From assembly GCA_963705305.1 (NCBI GenBank), contig OY970067.1:1-64000 (forward strand): a stretch of DNA of 64,000 nt, read 5' to 3'. Position 1 is the first letter of the stretch; each line of letters opens with the position of its first letter. This DNA is from an uncultured Methylomirabilota bacterium (GTDB taxonomy: Bacteria; Methylomirabilota; Methylomirabilia; Methylomirabilales; 2-02-FULL-66-22). A program made the position numbers and the translations under genes. Below are positions 59,764 to 64,000 of this stretch, one piece after another. Below the pieces are notes generated by a model. The model made no database searches, had not been told where the DNA came from, and saw nothing but the letters and a program-made list of their open reading frames with translations.

Positions 59764-60744
59764 GTGGTGACGTTGCGGGATGTCGCGAGGATGGCAAGTG
59801 TCTCGCCGATCACCGTCTCCCGCGTGCTGAACCATCCGGAGCTGGTGGCGTCCAACACGATCGACCATGTGCGCCGCGTCATCGATCGCACGGGCTACCT
59901 GCCGAATTTGCTTGCTGGGGGACTCGCCTCCCGAAAGACCCACTTCGTCGCTGCCATTGTTCCGGCGCTCTCCCACCAGGTGTTTTCCGAAGCCCTGCAG
60001 TCCCTGACCGACCGCTTGTGGGAAAGCGGGTACCAGGTCCTGCTGGGCACGTCGGGGTACCCCACCTCACGGGAGGAAAGCCTCCTCACGGCCATCATCA
60101 GCCGGCGGCCCGACGGCATCTTCCTCACGGGCATCTCCCACTCCGCCGAGAGCCACCGGCGCCTGATCACCGCAAAGATTCCTGTCGTTGAGGTTTGGGA
60201 CCTGACCCCGACCCCCGTCGATATGCTGGTCGGCTTTTCCCACGAGAAGGTCGGACAGGCCGTGGCGGAGTACCTGCTCGGTTGCGGCTACCGCAGTTTC
60301 GGGGTGGTCTCGGCGGACGACGCGCGGGCGGAAATCCGGCGACGCGCATACGAGTCTGCCCTCTCGAGGCACGGCGTCGCCGACACGCCGACTGTCCTAA
60401 TGCCCGCCCCCTCTTCCTTTCAACTGGGCCGTGAGGGACTCGCCCGCCTGCTGGCGCAGGCGCCCCTGCCCCGTGCCGTCTTCTGTAGCTCGGATACCAT
60501 GGCCCACGGCGCCCTCGTGGAGGCGCAGGCCCGCGGACTCTCGGTGCCGCAAGATCTCGCCATCGTCGGCTTCGGCGATCTCGACTTCGCGGCGCACACG
60601 TCCCCGCCGTTGTCCACGGTCCGAATCGATCGGGCCGCCATTGGTCGGCTGGCTGCCGAAGTGCTGTTGGGAAGACTCGAGGGGCAGACGGGGGAGCGGA
60701 TCATCAACGTCGGGTTTCAAATTATGGAGCGCGGAACCACCTGA
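59764..60744 (+). CDS. LacI-family regulator (GntR-like)
   Basis: TLRDVARMASVSPITVSRVLN, VPQDLAIVGFGD, PPLSTV. Confidence 0.93.
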   Translation: MVTLRDVARMASVSPITVSRVLNHPELVASNTIDHVRRVIDRTGYLPNLLAGGLASRKTHFVAAIVPALSHQVFSEALQSLTDRLWESGYQVLLGTSGYPTSREESLLTAIISRRPDGIFLTGISHSAESHRRLITAKIPVVEVWDLTPTPVDMLVGFSHEKVGQAVAEYLLGCGYRSFGVVSADDARAEIRRRAYESALSRHGVADTPTVLMPAPSSFQLGREGLARLLAQAPLPRAVFCSSDTMAHGALVEAQARGLSVPQDLAIVGFGDLDFAAHTSPPLSTVRIDRAAIGRLAAEVLLGRLEGQTGERIINVGFQIMERGTT

Positions 60745-60997
60745 TCGGGAGAAACCGCCTCATATGGGCGTCCTTCTCCCACCGGCACGCGGGGGAAAGG
60801 GAAACGCCGATCCGGCCATCCATCGTCACACACCTATCATTCCACGAGGTATTCGCCACATCCGCTCGCCCATAGTCCTGCTCTCTTGCAGCGGTTCCCC
60901 CCAAGCTGTCAAGCGGAATTGCAGAAGACGCCACCGCGAATCTGGTGGATCGATATCTGTCTCGTCTTCCCGCAAGCCCCGATCCCCCAGGTGGGAT

Positions 60998-61744
60998 CTA
61001 GGTGGGCTGTGCCGCCCCCAGATAGGCCCGTTCCAGCACGCCGGGGGCCCGGGCGGACTGGGCGTCGGTGTCCAGCACGATGCGGCCGTGCACGAGCACG
61101 TAGGCCCGGTCGGCGATGCGGAGCACCTTCTCGACCGCCTGCTCCACCACGAGCACGGCCGTCCCCCGGGCGCGGAACTCCGCCACCACCTCCAGCACCC
61201 TGTCGATGAGGATCGGCGCCAGGCCGGCCGACGGTTCGTCCAAGAGCAGCAGCCGGGGGTGCCGGACGATGCCCTGCGCGATGACCAGCATCTGCTGCTG
61301 GCCGCCCGAGAGCGTCCCGGCCCGGAGCGCCCGCATCCCCGCGATCTCCGGGAAGACCCGGCACGCCTCCTCGACCCGGGCCCGGCGGCCGGCGGCCGGC
61401 TGGTCCAGCGCCGCGAGGAGGAGGTTCTCCTCCACCGTGAGCGAGGGGAGCACCCGATGCCCCTCGATCACGTGCACCAGCCCGAGGCGGCCGCAGGCGC
61501 GCGGGGTGCACCGGGTGATGTCCTGCCCGGCGAAGGTCACCGTGCCGCCCGTCTTGGGGAGCATGCCCGACAGGGCCTTGAGCAGGGTGCTCTTCCCGGC
61601 CCCGTTCGGCCCCACCACAGCCACCACCTCCCCGGCCTGCATCACCAGGTCGATCTGCTGCAGGACGCGAATCGCACCGTAGCCGGCCGCGAGGCCGCGA
61701 ACGGTGAGGAGGCGCCCGTCCGGCTCAGGTGCCGAGGTAGGCAT
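60998..61744 (-). CDS. livF: ABC ATP-binding protein, LivF-like
   Basis: GPNGAGKST, LSGGQQQM, DEPSAGLAP. Confidence 0.9.
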   Translation of the reverse strand: MPTSAPEPDGRLLTVRGLAAGYGAIRVLQQIDLVMQAGEVVAVVGPNGAGKSTLLKALSGMLPKTGGTVTFAGQDITRCTPRACGRLGLVHVIEGHRVLPSLTVEENLLLAALDQPAAGRRARVEEACRVFPEIAGMRALRAGTLSGGQQQMLVIAQGIVRHPRLLLLDEPSAGLAPILIDRVLEVVAEFRARGTAVLVVEQAVEKVLRIADRAYVLVHGRIVLDTDAQSARAPGVLERAYLGAAQPT

Positions 61745-63518
61745 TGATGACCTCCGGGTTGGCGCGGACCTCGGCCGGTGTCCCATGAGCCAGCACCCGG
61801 CCGAGGTTCAGCACCGTCACCTCATCGCTCACCTGGAAGACCAGGTCGGCGTGGTGCTCGACCAGCAGGATCGCGACGCCCAGGCTCCGGATCTGCTCGA
61901 TCAGCGATTGCAGGTGGCCGATCTCGTCGTGCGCGAGCCCGGCCGCCGGCTCATCCAGCAGCAGGAGGCTCGGCTGCATGACGAGGCAGCGGGCGATCTC
62001 CAGGAAGCGCTGCTCGGTGTGCTGGAGTTGGCCGGCCTTCAGGTGCGCCAAGCGCCGCAGGCCGACGGCCGCCAGGGCGTCCTGCGCGCGCTGGCGAACG
62101 GCCTTATCCTCGGCCGCCCCGCGCCACGAGCCCAGCGCGACGGCCGGGAAGCCGGTCGTGAATTGGCGGTACGCCCCCAGCATGGCGTTCTCCAGGACGC
62201 TCAGGTTGCCCACCACGCGGGGGGTTTGGAAGGTTCGGCCCATGCCCAGCGGCGCGCGCTCGGCCGAGGCGCGCGCGGCGAGGTCGGTCTCGCCGAAGCG
62301 GATGCCGCCGCGGTCGGCGGCATAGTAGCCGGAGGCCGCATTGAGCAGCGTGGTCTTGCCGCTGCCGTTCGGGCCGATCAGACCGTGGACGGTTCCCGGC
62401 CGCACCGTCAGGTCCACGCCGTCCAGCGCCCGGACCCCGCCGAAGTGCAGCGCCACCCCCTCGAGCGTCAGGGGCCGCGGGGCGGCGTGCCGGCCCAGCA
62501 CGGCATCCAGCCGCTCCGGCGCCGGCGGCTCGAGCCCCTGGCCCTTCGCCCCCTTGGCAAAGATCCGCTCCAGGAGCTCGGCAATCCCCCCGGGCATGAG
62601 GAGCACCACCAGCAGGAGCAGGGCCGCGTACAGGAAATTCGACCACATCACCAGGGGCGCCGCGATCTCGGGCAGCAGCGTCAGGATCACCGTCCCGATC
62701 ATCGGGCCGACGATCCGGCCGCGCCCCCCGATCAGGACCGCGATGAAGAAGAGCACCGACAGATCGAAGGTGAAGGCGTCGGGGGTGATGTAGGTCTGCC
62801 GGGCGGCGAACAGCGCTCCCGCCATGCCGGCCAGGATGCCGCTCAGCGTGAAGGTCACCAGCTTGAGATGGGTGATCGGGACGCCCATCGCCTCGGCCGC
62901 CACCTCGGCGTCCCGCACGGCCACCAGCCCCCGCCCGAAGTTGCTGACCGCGATGTTGCGCAGCAGATAGGTGGCCAGCACCGCCAGCGCCAGCGCCAGG
63001 TAGTAGAAGCCGAGCGGGGAGTCGAACGGGGGCGGGAACAGCGGGCCGGGCAGGCCCACCCCGCCGCCGGTCAGATGCTCCCATCCAAGGGCGACCTGGG
63101 TGACGATGGTCGAGAATCCGAGCGTCGCCATGGCGAAGTAGAAGCTCCTCAGCCGGAGCGACGGCAGGCCCACCAGGAAACCGAACAGGGCCCCGGCCGC
63201 GCCGGCCGCCCCCAGGGCGGCGAAGGCCGGCCAGCCCGCCTTTTCGCACAGGATGCTCGCCGTGTAGGCGCCGATCTCCAGCAGCCCGACGTAGCCTATT
63301 GCGAGCTGCCCGGCGTACCCGATGATCAGGTCGAGGCCGGCGATCAGCACCCAGTAGATGAAGGCCAGCGTCCCGATCTGCATCCAGTACTGGTTCACCC
63401 CCGCGGGGAGCAGCACCGCGAGCCCGATCACGGCCGCGGCGCTGCCCAGGACGCGGGGCGGCCGGCGCGTGACCGGCGGGAGCTCCTGGGAGGCGACCGC
63501 CTCGAGTCCGCTCGACAT
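61725..63518 (-). CDS. fused LivM permease / LivG ATPase
   Basis: FYFAMATL permease domain followed by GPNGSGKTT, RTFQ, VINAYLG. Confidence 0.9.
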   Translation of the reverse strand: MSSGLEAVASQELPPVTRRPPRVLGSAAAVIGLAVLLPAGVNQYWMQIGTLAFIYWVLIAGLDLIIGYAGQLAIGYVGLLEIGAYTASILCEKAGWPAFAALGAAGAAGALFGFLVGLPSLRLRSFYFAMATLGFSTIVTQVALGWEHLTGGGVGLPGPLFPPPFDSPLGFYYLALALAVLATYLLRNIAVSNFGRGLVAVRDAEVAAEAMGVPITHLKLVTFTLSGILAGMAGALFAARQTYITPDAFTFDLSVLFFIAVLIGGRGRIVGPMIGTVILTLLPEIAAPLVMWSNFLYAALLLLVVLLMPGGIAELLERIFAKGAKGQGLEPPAPERLDAVLGRHAAPRPLTLEGVALHFGGVRALDGVDLTVRPGTVHGLIGPNGSGKTTLLNAASGYYAADRGGIRFGETDLAARASAERAPLGMGRTFQTPRVVGNLSVLENAMLGAYRQFTTGFPAVALGSWRGAAEDKAVRQRAQDALAAVGLRRLAHLKAGQLQHTEQRFLEIARCLVMQPSLLLLDEPAAGLAHDEIGHLQSLIEQIRSLGVAILLVEHHADLVFQVSDEVTVLNLGRVLAHGTPAEVRANPEVINAYLGT

Positions 63519-63520
63519 GG

Positions 63521-64000
63521 CTACACCCGCCGTGCCGCCGCGCTGCCGAACAGGCCGCCGGGGACGAGGAGGAGCAGGGTGATGAAGACCACGAAGGTGA
63601 CGACCCCCACGAAGATCCCGCCCACGAAATAGTTGGCCGTTTGCTGCAGGATGCCGAGGAAGAAGCCGCCGATCAGCGCGCCGCGGTTGCTGCCCAGTCC
63701 CCCCATGGCGATCGGCACGAACCCGTAGAACGTGAGGGTCGCGCCGAGGGCGAAGAAGGCGAGCAGGAGCTCCCCGCCCCAGAAGCCGGCCAGCGCCCCG
63801 ACCAGCGCCGCCAGGCAGTAGCTCACAACCCGGATCCGGACGTCCGGGATGCCGAGGGCGCGGGCCGCGTCGGGGTCCTCGGCCACGGCGACGAAGGCGG
63901 CCCCCCACAACGTCTTGCGATAGAACAGCTCCAGGCCGAGGAAGACCACCACACAGGCGACCACCGGCAGCCAGTACTTCTCGCTGGCCAGCCCCTCCCC
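63521..64000 (-). CDS. livH: LivH-like permease (5' part outside window)
   Basis: AVAEDPDAARALGI, MGGLGS, PGGLFG. Confidence 0.85.
   Translation of the reverse strand, partial: GEGLASEKYWLPVVACVVVFLGLELFYRKTLWGAAFVAVAEDPDAARALGIPDVRIRVVSYCLAALVGALAGFWGGELLLAFFALGATLTFYGFVPIAMGGLGSNRGALIGGFFLGILQQTANYFVGGIFVGVVTFVVFITLLLLVPGGLFGSAAARRV

Noticed and set aside
61725..63518. LivM-LivG fusion as a novelty
   Set aside because: A common architecture in branched-chain ABC systems.
1..64000. CRISPR array, rRNA or prophage structural genes
   Set aside because: No regularly spaced repeats, rRNA-like sequence, or capsid/tail/large-terminase motifs seen.

Overview
High-GC bacterial chromosome segment; the host taxon cannot be established from the sequence alone. 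The first ~11.4 kb is a decaying mobile-element hotspot with two tandem elements meeting at a tRNA-Asp 3'-half att remnant (5195-5273), which itself carries a 33-nt hairpin insertion. The left element holds an IS3, a low-GC candidate defence operon with its own promoter (membrane protein, SAM methyltransferase, frameshifted TIR-like gene), an HTH/coiled-coil gene and an unannotated 40-aa membrane peptide. The right element holds a broken tyrosine integrase, a truncated excisionase, a TRAP transporter and an HUH/Y1 (RAYT-like) transposase bounded by 22-bp inverted repeats. An internally deleted ~210-bp derivative of that transposase element sits inside the integrase. The rest is mostly metabolic: split transketolase, SDRs, CoA transferase, acyl-CoA catabolism, branched-chain and sugar ABC transporters, glgA, a molybdopterin oxidoreductase, ltaE, an AmgK-RapZ-like fusion plus MurU-like gene, copCD, osmC, nnrS-like, ClC, qNOR, sufE/rhodanese, an HpcH aldolase and a LacI regulator. 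Also found: an IS200 relic, a 146-bp MITE with a 9-bp target duplication splitting a gene, a riboswitch/attenuator-like leader upstream of a poly-G-frameshifted Cys-rich gene, and a qNOR lacking a conserved Glu. No CRISPR array, rRNA or intact tRNA was seen.
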